Assembly (NCBI GenBank): GCA_965216875.1
Contig: OZ244207.1
Location: forward strand, 3,328,001-3,392,000
Reading direction: 5' to 3'
Source: Rubripirellula sp.
GTDB taxonomy: Bacteria; Planctomycetota; Planctomycetia; Pirellulales; Pirellulaceae
Length of the DNA: 64,000 nt
Both the position numbers and the translations under genes were made by a program. Shown piece after piece: positions 28,501-37,023 of this stretch (position 1 is its first letter; each line of letters begins with the position of its first letter). Under the pieces are notes generated by a model that was not told where the DNA came from, searched no databases, and saw only the letters and a program-made list of their open reading frames with translations.

Positions 28501-29468
28501 GCCGCTTTCAAACGCTCGTCCGATACCCCAGGTTCGTTCATCAAGTCATAGACCGGTGTAAGTGGCCGCTTGATCTCCTTGGCATAGAAAAGGCTCTGCG
28601 CGAGCCCACGCAGGTCGCCATGTTTGTACTTCTGATCGATCTCGCTCACCTTGTCGGCGTATTGATAGGGTTCGGCATCCGGGCCGAATGCCATGAACCG
28701 CAAGATGTCTTCAGCATGACTGGCGATCTGCGTCGCTTCCGCACCGTTGACGGAATAGAGAATGGGATAGTTGCGTAGCCCATGATGATCGTCCGTCGTC
28801 AGGATCGGTGGGAATCCGGTGATCGCCGCCGCATAGGCGGCCGTGCCACCGACCCATCCAATCACGCGATCGAGACCATAGTAAACCTTGGTTTCGCCAT
28901 CTTGGTTGGGCTGGATGTGATCTCCTCGAGCGCGCAATCCTGGACGATTGGGATCAAACGCCGGTTCTCGATTGATCAGCGCGCTTAACCGCACGAGATG
29001 TTCTTGAGGATGAATGCGCCAAAGCCGCGCGGGCGATGAGGTCGGTACAAGGCCTTCGGGAATCTCTCCAAACAACAAGTCGTGATCGAGGTGATTCCCT
29101 TTGGCGGGCAGGTGATGCGTCTCGAACCCGCCCCTGTTTTCCATTGCCACCTGCAATTGACTGGTGATCCAGTCGGACAGCTCAAGCCGCCGCATGGGAT
29201 CGGGCGTGTCACCGGAATCCTCGGGAGGCATTTCGCCGAGAGAAACCTGTTCCCAAACCCGCTTCCAAAGTTCGGCGTTTTCAACCGTCACTCCATTCAG
29301 GTCATGCAATGCGACGTCACCTTCCTGAGTGTCACCGTTGTGGCAATCGAGACAGTGATCAGTCAAGAAAGGCTTGATCGTGTTGTCAAAGGAAGCGGCA
29401 TCCTTGGCTTGGGCAGAGAGCGCAGCCAGAGGGATGCACCCTACGAGAAGGACGAGAAGTCTGAGCAT
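25587..29468 (-). CDS. Planctomycete cytochrome c / DUF1592-1588-1585-type protein fused to a PQQ-like beta-propeller
   Basis: Signal peptide; CLDCH and CWRCH; RGILTHPSWL, RGKWVRERLLG, MDPLGLPFE, LLTSDAFLYR; then WANHRGPN...TPTPVTDG...SPLAAANGRFYQRT. Confidence 0.88.
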   Translation of the reverse strand: MLRLLVLLVGCIPLAALSAQAKDAASFDNTIKPFLTDHCLDCHNGDTQEGDVALHDLNGVTVENAELWKRVWEQVSLGEMPPEDSGDTPDPMRRLELSDWITSQLQVAMENRGGFETHHLPAKGNHLDHDLLFGEIPEGLVPTSSPARLWRIHPQEHLVRLSALINREPAFDPNRPGLRARGDHIQPNQDGETKVYYGLDRVIGWVGGTAAYAAAITGFPPILTTDDHHGLRNYPILYSVNGAEATQIASHAEDILRFMAFGPDAEPYQYADKVSEIDQKYKHGDLRGLAQSLFYAKEIKRPLTPVYDLMNEPGVSDERLKAAVEFLFESLTCRPPTESETADYIAVAKEAIDDLGKEDGVILGLTPIFLDRDALFRAELVETGAADAHGRVMLQDQELALAINAALSYLPPDSQLKQAAASGQLRTREDVRREVARILEDDSIRKPRLLQFFREYFDYDRAGANCKDNQALLAAGGMPNPQNHYRAMFAMTASTDRLVELILHEDRQVLRQLLTTDRVVADPNNDAAYLGQYISSDKPEPDPNPKKRRNQRRVTIEPAELPGGESIHVRIARVVKRGKTQRRLTTLPREQRRGILTHPSWLVSHSDAMDNHAILRGKWVRERLLGGAVPDVPITVDAMLPDEPKQTLRHRMRVTRESECWRCHQKMDPLGLPFEMYNHLGLYRTIELKEPVDTSGEVIGSGDKDLDGPVDNAIEMIDRLAESKRVEQVFVRHVFRFWMGRNETIHDAPVLQAAWHAYRDNNGSMKALLTSLLTSDAFLYRTRDGEGSAKTTGAVKASDQWANHRGPNQDYTVTSPRSYPTSWSVSTNKNVLWRRPLPETGQSGIAVWGDKLFLTCFRELTEADNDKRGTWAAETRGFCLSAHTGDILWSCELPGKRPNQVNGVFNDSTTPTPVTDGQHVWFVNAGGFMACYTVHGELVWERSFEVRTKHSAKQFQPFLHDGKLFYAALRDESDPLRRPQTAKDYDKNSKAGWPWMFVRSFDALTGDPSGVMAGGITVHSKGAIGQLDGDIVLLHAKGGSHFPPEKPYGLSLSRLNDSFDSVWDRPNLFVEGTHFIDNKHAYCFDRKSMHVLDVATGKTVKTINLSGAGTAITFDEATGKYNEPVDVSELKMSRLLTHRTNIGVGDYHFFLSGKPGFIGRVNLGSGEVNYLQVPLQVKIEHGEAVYAWNDFRSGDETGSGFAVEGDRRRLGHGFGHVSAATPIVVNDKIYFSTILGTVYVVDATAKDFGPDALLDVCDFGLPGQTWSLSPLAAANGRFYQRTSKEIICIGDDS

Positions 29469-29616
29469 TTGAGCTTGGTCGCGAATAAAAGCGTCAATGA
29501 ATTGTCTTGGCCACCATCGTCATCCGCTGAGATCGGTGAGGCCAACACGAAAGGCCCCACGCTCTTCATGAGCGTGGCAACGATCCTCTCGAGAACCACC
29601 GCAATCGGGACCGCTG

Positions 29617-30951
29617 TTAGGCCATCAGCGACTCGATCGGACCAACCGCCGAGTCATATTTGCTGGCCATGGATCGATCCATGTTGAAGCGGTCGGCGGG
29701 CGCACCAATCGCATGCAACAGCGTTGTGTAGAGGTCGTTGACGGGGCGATGCCCCTCAACGTGTGTGTACTGTCCCGTCTTGATGTTGCCGGCGCAATTG
29801 CCGAGCAGGATGAACGGCCAGTTCGCACCGTTTGTGTGCTGTTTGTCTGCGTTGTTGCTCGTGTAAACGATGAGGGTGTTGTCCATCATCGTGCCATCAC
29901 CTTCGGGCATCGACTCAAGCTCTTGCATCAGCTTCACCAACATCTGGCAGTTGTATTGGCGAATCTTGATCCAGATGGGATTGTCGGGTTGTTTCATGTG
30001 ACCGAGGTTGTGACCTGCCTCGGTAATCCCCAAGCCTTTCCAAGAGCCAAAGATCTCGCCACGCCCTGATCCGATCGTCAGTGTGTTGGTGATGCCCGCC
30101 TTGAGCGTGGCGATGCCAATCTCGAGCAGCGAGTCGTGCCAGTCCGTTTCGAACTCAGGCTTGGTGAACTTCTCGTCGTACTCGGGCGCGAAGCTGCGAA
30201 GATGATCGGACACACCGAGCAAGCGCTCGCGCAACCCATTGATATCTCGAAAGCCATCGACGTAGCTTCCGTAGCGAGCACGATCGCCAGCAGGCAATGA
30301 CGCCTTGCCCTGACCAGCAAGCTGTTCAATCCGGTTAAACACTTTCGAACGGGCTTCATAGCGTCGCTTCACATCGCCAGTGGCGATCCCGCCAAACAGA
30401 AGCTGATAAAGATCGTTCGGATTGGAATGCATGAACAGAGGCTTGCCAGCGTCGGCGGCCGACAAAGTCGCTAGCGTTGGGCGCGAGATCATGTTCTCGA
30501 TCGCATCCATTCCAATGCATAGATGGGGCAAGATCGTTTCGGGAAGCGACTCGCTAATCACATGGTCGATCGTGGGGCCAGCTGGCGGAATACCGATGCC
30601 ACCTCGATAACCGCCCAATGCGCCAAAGAACGCACTGTGCGATGGACTGGTGTGCAGTCCGTGCAAACCCGAGATGATGTTGATCTTGTCTTTGTAGGGT
30701 TCCAACGCGCTAACAGGCTCGGGCAGAGCCACATCGGACAGCGACGTGCTTGCTTTTGCACCGAGCAGTTCTTTCGGAACGCAGGTCGCAGGATCGAGGC
30801 CTTGATTCTGCAGAAAGAAGATGACCCGTTTCGGCTTACCGCTCACGGCCGGTGCTGCCTTGACTTGATCGGGAATCAGGGGAGAACCGAACGCGGCGCC
30901 GAGGCCGGTCGCCACTCCTTGCAGCATCTTTCTGCGGTTCAGCATGATCAT
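29617..30951 (-). CDS. DUF1552 (HXXSHH-type) protein, Tat signal
   Basis: [51 protein letters not shown]. Confidence 0.88.
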   Translation of the reverse strand: MIMLNRRKMLQGVATGLGAAFGSPLIPDQVKAAPAVSGKPKRVIFFLQNQGLDPATCVPKELLGAKASTSLSDVALPEPVSALEPYKDKINIISGLHGLHTSPSHSAFFGALGGYRGGIGIPPAGPTIDHVISESLPETILPHLCIGMDAIENMISRPTLATLSAADAGKPLFMHSNPNDLYQLLFGGIATGDVKRRYEARSKVFNRIEQLAGQGKASLPAGDRARYGSYVDGFRDINGLRERLLGVSDHLRSFAPEYDEKFTKPEFETDWHDSLLEIGIATLKAGITNTLTIGSGRGEIFGSWKGLGITEAGHNLGHMKQPDNPIWIKIRQYNCQMLVKLMQELESMPEGDGTMMDNTLIVYTSNNADKQHTNGANWPFILLGNCAGNIKTGQYTHVEGHRPVNDLYTTLLHAIGAPADRFNMDRSMASKYDSAVGPIESLMA

Positions 30952-31172
30952 TCTTTCGGCGGGACTGACGGCCGGCCACGACTCCTCAAAAGAGGGGCAG
31001 GGCGGTATATCAGTTGAAGTAGGTGATGGGTGTGCGCAAACTTATCTGACAGGATGCGCAAGCCAGCCGAATTATTTTAGCTTTCCCAAAACCGGCTGCA
31101 AATTTCCGTGTTTCAAAGTGATACAGCAACCTCTTTGGTCAACCACACCCCCTGAAAAAGCTGGCGGAGCCA

Positions 31173-32153
31173 ATGTTTTCCCCGAGCCCCCGACTCAGCA
31201 ACAACGCTTGCCTGGTCATCCCAATCACGCTCGTTCTCGCCATTTTTCAGACGTGTCACGCTGCTGATGGTGTTAGCCAGCTACTGCTGGACCCAGTCGA
31301 CGCGAAGCGTTCGAGGACGGTACCACTCAAGGTCTACCTGAACCCAACCGCAGAGCCGCAACCGGTGATCTTGTTTTCGCATGGACTTGGCGGTTCGCGG
31401 GAAAACAATGCCTATCTCGGAGTCCATTGGGCAGAAGCTGGGTATGTCGCCGTCTTCATGCAACACGCAGGTAGCGATTTGGACGTTTGGAAAGACGCGA
31501 AGCTTGGCGAGCGATTGAAAGCACTTAAAGAGGCGACCGGCGCCAAGAGTTTGATCGATCGCGCCGAGGACGTTTCCTTTGTGATCGACCAATTGGAAGC
31601 TTGGACTCAAGAGGCAAACCATCCGCTTCACGGCCGCTTGAATCTTGATCGAATTGGCATGAGTGGCCACAGCTTTGGTGCTGCAACCACGATGGCCGTT
31701 TCCGGCCGTAAGTACCCGCTCAATCGAAGCTTCGCCGAAAAGCGGATCGATGCGTTTTTTGCGATGAGTCCCCCACCTGAAAAACGCTTTTCATCCGATC
31801 GCGCATTTGGCCACCTGGCGCAGCCCGTCCTCTGCATGACCGGCACCGAAGATGCCAGCCCGATCGACCCAACCGTCAAGCCTGAGCAACGACTGAGAGT
31901 ATTCGAAGCGATGCCAAGCCCCGACAAATATCAACTGGTTCTCGACGGCGGTGAGCATCATGCATTCGGAGACAGCAAGGGACGCCGCAATCGGAAAAGG
32001 AACCCCAAGCATCATCCCGCAATTCAAAAGATCAGCCTTCAGTTTTGGGACGCCTACCTTAAGGAAGATTTGGAAGCAAAGTCGTGGCTTCAGTCCCAGG
32101 CCCCGATTGGCGAGTCCGACCTTTCAAACGCTGATGCTTGGCATTGGAAATGA
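31173..32153 (+). CDS. Exported alpha/beta hydrolase (dienelactone hydrolase / PAF-acetylhydrolase-like)
   Basis: FSHGLGGS, nucleophile GHSFG, TGTED, GEHHAF. Confidence 0.9.
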   Translation: MFSPSPRLSNNACLVIPITLVLAIFQTCHAADGVSQLLLDPVDAKRSRTVPLKVYLNPTAEPQPVILFSHGLGGSRENNAYLGVHWAEAGYVAVFMQHAGSDLDVWKDAKLGERLKALKEATGAKSLIDRAEDVSFVIDQLEAWTQEANHPLHGRLNLDRIGMSGHSFGAATTMAVSGRKYPLNRSFAEKRIDAFFAMSPPPEKRFSSDRAFGHLAQPVLCMTGTEDASPIDPTVKPEQRLRVFEAMPSPDKYQLVLDGGEHHAFGDSKGRRNRKRNPKHHPAIQKISLQFWDAYLKEDLEAKSWLQSQAPIGESDLSNADAWHWK

Positions 32154-32203
32154 ATTCGAGCGACATCGCCCAGCCCTAACCCGGTATTCTCAGCACGGGT
32201 CAC

Positions 32204-32473
32204 CTACTCAAGGAACTCATCGGAAAAGTATTGCTCCGCGGCTTCCGTGAGTGCGAGTGGCTGGCTGCCGCCACCTGTCAAGAACTCAACGACGTTAATA
32301 AACGGCCAGGTCGACTTTCGCTTGTCCACAAAGCGGATCCCACTTTCGCTTCCGCGATAGTCATGCCATACGTGTGCAACTAGATGATCGTTTCGGTACA
32401 CCTCATACCAGTACGCCCCGAATGAGTCTCTTGGATCCGGTGGCTGAACAATGCTGAATCGATCAGAACTCAT
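32204..32473 (-). CDS. Small hypothetical protein
   Basis: Globular-looking 89 aa ORF starting MSSDRF; no motif recognised. Confidence 0.6.
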   Translation of the reverse strand: MSSDRFSIVQPPDPRDSFGAYWYEVYRNDHLVAHVWHDYRGSESGIRFVDKRKSTWPFINVVEFLTGGGSQPLALTEAAEQYFSDEFLE

Positions 32474-32568
32474 GACTTTGCAAATCCCCAAACAATAAGA
32501 ACCGGGCGTTTGTGACTCAAACGCACACCGGACGACGAGGCCCAAATCCACAACAATTGAGCAGAGTG

Positions 32569-33084
32569 TCAGAGTTTGGATTGCACCTCCGCATCGAGTG
32601 CCGGCAATCTACCATTGCCACCTTTTTCAGGAGGATTCAGTTGGTCCCACAAGCGTTGGGCGTCGGGCCACGAAGGGTCGCGCAGAGGCACCGATTTTAC
32701 GTCAAGTTTGACACTCTTCGGTTTTGAAATCGTGTCGCCGTAAAAGACCAGTACCGAGTCATCGGCGACAACCTGATTGCCTTCTACGAAAAAACACAAT
32801 CCGGCGTCAGAACGCCACACGTACTCGACCCAATCAATTGACTCTCGTTCGGACCATTGCTTTTCGGTTTCGATTTTCTGAAGACAAATGATGCGAACCC
32901 GTCCCCCATTCGGTTCATGGACTGCCAAACATCGAATAAATGGTTTCTTGAATTCGGTCGGCCAGCCCGAAGTACAGACATTCAAATCCGAGTAGGTTTC
33001 CACGCGAAACAAAGGCGGGAGTACGAGAAAACTATTAGCCCCCACGGCAACTGCAACAAATAGCGAACGCAAGCCATACTTCAT
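32569..33084 (-). CDS. Hypothetical protein with N-terminal anchor
   Basis: MKYGLRSLFVAVAV N-terminus typical of planctomycete orphan genes; AAGGG upstream. Confidence 0.6.
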   Translation of the reverse strand: MKYGLRSLFVAVAVGANSFLVLPPLFRVETYSDLNVCTSGWPTEFKKPFIRCLAVHEPNGGRVRIICLQKIETEKQWSERESIDWVEYVWRSDAGLCFFVEGNQVVADDSVLVFYGDTISKPKSVKLDVKSVPLRDPSWPDAQRLWDQLNPPEKGGNGRLPALDAEVQSKL

Positions 33085-33230
33085 GTGCCCTTAGACCCTC
33101 GCCACAAACGGTTTCATGCCGACTATCAGTCGACATGTAGGAATGCAATGAAAGCGAGCACCCTACCACACCGTCAATTCCGAGGTTGATGAAGTTCTTG
33201 CGCGAGGGTGACTTTCGCCGAACTTGCAAA

Positions 33231-33258
33231 GCCCGGCCGCGCACGCGATCGCGGCTCA
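33231..33258 (-). repeat. REP-like palindrome family B, copy 2
   Basis: Its reverse complement, tgagccgcgatcgcgtgcgcggccgggc, matches 1087-1114. Confidence 0.65.
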
Positions 33259-33286
33259 AAGGATGACTCGGAAAATCGCTGGCACA

Positions 33287-34546
33287 CTAGAACGTGAACG
33301 TCCCTGAACTCGAGCCGAACTTGTCCGTTTCGACTCCAACGTTGTTGAGTAGATTCACGAACAGGTTGCACAGCGGTGTGTTGTCTGTCCGGCTTCCTGA
33401 GCGGACAACCTTTCCGTGTCCAAATCCGCCGCCCGAGACGAGGATGGGAAGATTGGTCGGATCGTGTGCGTTGGCGTTTCCGAGATTGCTTCCGAAAAGC
33501 ACTGACGTGTGATCGAGCAACCTCGCGTCCCCTTCCGATTTCTTCATCGACGCAAGTAGTTCGCCATAACAACCCAGCAGCCGACTCTCGATCAGTTTGA
33601 GTTGCTTGATCTTGTCGGGATCTTGGCCGTGATGGCTCAGGTTGTGGTGTTCGGACGTGACCCCTTCGATGGTTGGAACCACTCCATGGTCTTGGATCAC
33701 CATCGCGATCACCCGAGTCGAGTCGGTTTGCAGGATCAGCGGGATCAGATTCATCAACGTGCTGGTACGACCGATCAGGTCACGGCGATCGGCGACGTCA
33801 GCGGGAGGCTCGGCATCGACCTTTGGCTTTGGCTTATCGAGCCACTCTTGGCGCGTCTTCAAGTCGGCCTCGGCCAAACGGATCGCTTCAAAGTACTCAT
33901 CAAGCTGTCGGTGATCGCGATCACTCGTTTTGCGTTTGAGCTCACGCGTTTGCTCGGCAACGGAATCGAGAATACTGCGTCCGTTGGCGAGTCGGTATCG
34001 TTGCAACCCGACCTGCGAGCGACTCCCTGAAAGGAACAACTGCGAAAAGATCTCAGATGGCTTGTCGTGAGCAGGGATCATCACCCCGTTTCTCGTATAC
34101 GACTGACTCTTGACCGTGTTCGTGCTAAGCGACAGTGACGGAAAACGCGTTGCATGACCAAGCTCTTCGGCAGCGACCTGATCCACCGAAATCGAGTTCT
34201 TGAACCCGCCCAATCCAGGATTACGCGCCGACGACAACCAAGTCATTTCGGTATCGTGCGGCTGTTTTCCATTTTGGTCGGGATGTGACAAACCTGAGAT
34301 GAGGGTGAAATCATCGCGATGCTCGCTGAGCAAGCTCAGGTATTCCGTCTTTGCATCCTCAGGAGCATCCGACTTTGGAAACAGAGATGGCGGGTGCAAC
34401 CCTAGCGTGTTGCAAATCAAAACCATCCGTTTCGGTGGCGTCTGAGTGGCACTGGCCAGCGCAGGACTCATCGTCTCGAGCAGTGGCAATGCGATCGCGA
34501 TGCCCGATGACTTCAGCAAAAAACGGCGGCTAATCGGAGTGTGCAT
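33287..34546 (-). CDS. DUF1552 (HXXSHH) protein, Tat signal
   Basis: ISRRFLLK...IALPLLETM, PPKRMV, SISVDQVAA, HHNLSHHG, LLDHTSVLFGSNLG, PLCNLF. Confidence 0.93.
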   Translation of the reverse strand: MHTPISRRFLLKSSGIAIALPLLETMSPALASATQTPPKRMVLICNTLGLHPPSLFPKSDAPEDAKTEYLSLLSEHRDDFTLISGLSHPDQNGKQPHDTEMTWLSSARNPGLGGFKNSISVDQVAAEELGHATRFPSLSLSTNTVKSQSYTRNGVMIPAHDKPSEIFSQLFLSGSRSQVGLQRYRLANGRSILDSVAEQTRELKRKTSDRDHRQLDEYFEAIRLAEADLKTRQEWLDKPKPKVDAEPPADVADRRDLIGRTSTLMNLIPLILQTDSTRVIAMVIQDHGVVPTIEGVTSEHHNLSHHGQDPDKIKQLKLIESRLLGCYGELLASMKKSEGDARLLDHTSVLFGSNLGNANAHDPTNLPILVSGGGFGHGKVVRSGSRTDNTPLCNLFVNLLNNVGVETDKFGSSSGTFTF

Positions 34547-37023
34547 CAGCGGTTCCTGAACATGCGAGAGTCGATCACTTGATGGATCATTGTTCGTATC
34601 GGATACCCATCCTCTTTTGAGTCGGCGAGTATCTTCCTGACGACCTCACGATCGGCGAATTGAATTTCGCCGCCGGTCGAAAAGGCGATCAGGTTGGACA
34701 ACAAATTGCGGGCAACCTGCTCTTGTGACTTAAGAAGGTGCTGTTTGTATTGACGAATGCCGTCAAACTCATCGCCGTCAACGGTCTCGCCCGACGAATC
34801 CACGTCGAGGCCGAGATCATATTCCTTGTGCAAGAATCGAAGCCCGACGTTCACTTCCCGTCGAATCCCCTTGCTGTTTCGATACCGCTTGCGATAGTTG
34901 CCAATCGGATCAAAGCATTCAAGTGCAAAACCGGGCGGGTCAATGTGGCGGTGACATGCCGCACACTGCGCAACGGCCTGATGCTTCTTGAGTGTCTCTC
35001 GAATGGTTGTCGCGCCACGTGTGTCTGGTTCGATCGAACCAACGTTGGGCGGCGGCGGACTCGGAGGTAGGCCAAGCAGGTTTGCCAACACGAAGCTGCC
35101 ACGTTTTACCGGGGTGGTGACAGTGCCATTGGCCGTCACTTTGGCGATTGAAGCGTGCGACAAGATTCCTCCACGCACACTTCCGGCGGGCAGTCGGACT
35201 TTGCGAAACTCTTCGCCCACCACGCCTTCGATTCCATAATGCTCGGCAAGTTTTCGATTCAAGAACGTAAAGTCCGAATCAATCAGGTGCGAAACGCTGA
35301 GATCTTCTTCGATCAAATGAGCAAAGAACTCACGAGTTTCGGCCAACATCGCCGCGCGCAGCAAGTCATCGTATTCGGGATACAGATAGGTATCGGGCGT
35401 GGTCGCGTCGATATGATCAAGGTCCAACCATTGATCAAGGAACGAATCCACGAACCGCCGAAACTTGCGATCCTTGACCATCCGGTTCACATGTTTCTTG
35501 AGCTCGTCGTCATTACTGAGTTTCCCCTCCGCTGCAGCCTCAAGCAGCTCGTCATCGGGAATGCTCCGCCACAAGAACGACGCCAATCGACTGGCCAAGT
35601 CGGCAGGTTTCAATTGGCCGGGATCTCCCGTTTGGAAAACCAATTCTGGTGAAACGAGGATTGCCCGTAGTGGAATCCTAGTCGCTGCGACAAGATCGCC
35701 ACTCGAGTCCAACACCGGTTTTGCAAGCGCGACAAACTCATCCACTTCATCGCTTGTCACTTCACGACGAAAGGCGCTCCGGCCGAGGCTTGCGATCGAT
35801 GCGCGAACATGTTCGATCGGCGTCTGAGAAAGAATGGGTTCATAGATGCGATACCATGTTTTGGTTTCGCTCTCGTCCGTCCATTCAATACCCGGAAAAA
35901 GATCACGTGTGCGTTGGGGTGGCCAAGCCGATTCGAGAGGCCCTTTCACGGAGACGTGGCGAATCTTGACGCCTTCACCACCAAAGGCACTCGCTGGCTG
36001 CGAATTGTAGATAATGCCCCCGTTGGGCGCTGGCTCGAGTTCATCGGCACTGACGTAGATGTAATCATCAGGACGCAAATAGGCTTCAACGCTCGCCTCG
36101 CGATAATCGGAGCCGACCAGGTCCCAAGCGGCGAGCAAGGCACTGTCGCCCTGGTTGTCATTTTGCCGCTTCATACTGACGGATACCGACGAGCGGGGCT
36201 GATGCGCTGCCGCTTTGACCGTGATCAGGTAGTTACCCGCGACCGGCGGTAGAAACCCGTTGGCATCGGATCGAAACACGAAATTCTCACCACGAAAGGT
36301 CACCACGTCCTTGTCGGTTTTGAAGACCGTGCCACCGCCCCGACGGACTGGACGATCGACCCACATCTGGATGTAGTCGTTGCCGAGATAGTCAATCTTC
36401 CGATCCCCCATCGGCGGCTTCTTGCCCAACTGAATCGCTTCGTAAAGGGCGAGGTCCGCGGCCCGCAGAAGCCCCTTCACATGGACTGCCGACATCTCTT
36501 GGTTCGCCGCCACGACATCGAACGAAGCCGATTCGTTCTCAGGCGGCAAATGTTTCGCGTAGTTGCCGCCAATGCCAAGCAAGTCGTGCAACGTGTACTC
36601 GTATTCTTGACGCGTCAGTCGCCGAGAAGGAACACGGCCGTGAATCTGTTGCTGCTTCAAGCTCGCGTCATGAAGATGTTTCTGGAGAACGTCTAGGATC
36701 TCACGACGCTCCTCTTTGCTGGGTTGATCGGCGTCACTCGGAGGCATCTCGCCGCGATCGATCCGATCAAAAACCTTTTCCCAAACGCGAAGTGCAACCT
36801 CATCGCTGGGATCGCCTCCTAACGAGGTCAAGTCGAGACGCGTTTCGGTGTCAGCATCATGGCAATCAATGCATGAAGACTCGACGAACGGCGCAAGTCG
36901 CTCCGACAAATCGATCGCAGACGCCGGCGCCGACCACAAGACGCTCATCAAAACGGCCGCGGCGGATACAACCCGACGCAATGCAGCGAGACGCATCAAA
37001 AACACTTTGCCAGTCTTTGTCAT
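34546..37023 (-). CDS. DUF1592-family (PSCyt/PSD) protein with heme c motifs
   Basis: CIDCH, RRLTRQEYEYTLHDLLG, LASRLASFLWRSIPD, RGGILSHAS, CAACH, IDPPGFALE. Confidence 0.93.
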   Translation of the reverse strand: MTKTGKVFLMRLAALRRVVSAAAVLMSVLWSAPASAIDLSERLAPFVESSCIDCHDADTETRLDLTSLGGDPSDEVALRVWEKVFDRIDRGEMPPSDADQPSKEERREILDVLQKHLHDASLKQQQIHGRVPSRRLTRQEYEYTLHDLLGIGGNYAKHLPPENESASFDVVAANQEMSAVHVKGLLRAADLALYEAIQLGKKPPMGDRKIDYLGNDYIQMWVDRPVRRGGGTVFKTDKDVVTFRGENFVFRSDANGFLPPVAGNYLITVKAAAHQPRSSVSVSMKRQNDNQGDSALLAAWDLVGSDYREASVEAYLRPDDYIYVSADELEPAPNGGIIYNSQPASAFGGEGVKIRHVSVKGPLESAWPPQRTRDLFPGIEWTDESETKTWYRIYEPILSQTPIEHVRASIASLGRSAFRREVTSDEVDEFVALAKPVLDSSGDLVAATRIPLRAILVSPELVFQTGDPGQLKPADLASRLASFLWRSIPDDELLEAAAEGKLSNDDELKKHVNRMVKDRKFRRFVDSFLDQWLDLDHIDATTPDTYLYPEYDDLLRAAMLAETREFFAHLIEEDLSVSHLIDSDFTFLNRKLAEHYGIEGVVGEEFRKVRLPAGSVRGGILSHASIAKVTANGTVTTPVKRGSFVLANLLGLPPSPPPPNVGSIEPDTRGATTIRETLKKHQAVAQCAACHRHIDPPGFALECFDPIGNYRKRYRNSKGIRREVNVGLRFLHKEYDLGLDVDSSGETVDGDEFDGIRQYKQHLLKSQEQVARNLLSNLIAFSTGGEIQFADREVVRKILADSKEDGYPIRTMIHQVIDSRMFRNR

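Noticed and set aside
32160..33180. Possible integron cassettes (orphan ORFs separated by hairpins)
   Set aside because: No paired RYYYAAC/GTTRRRY attC boxes were found and there is no integrase in the window.
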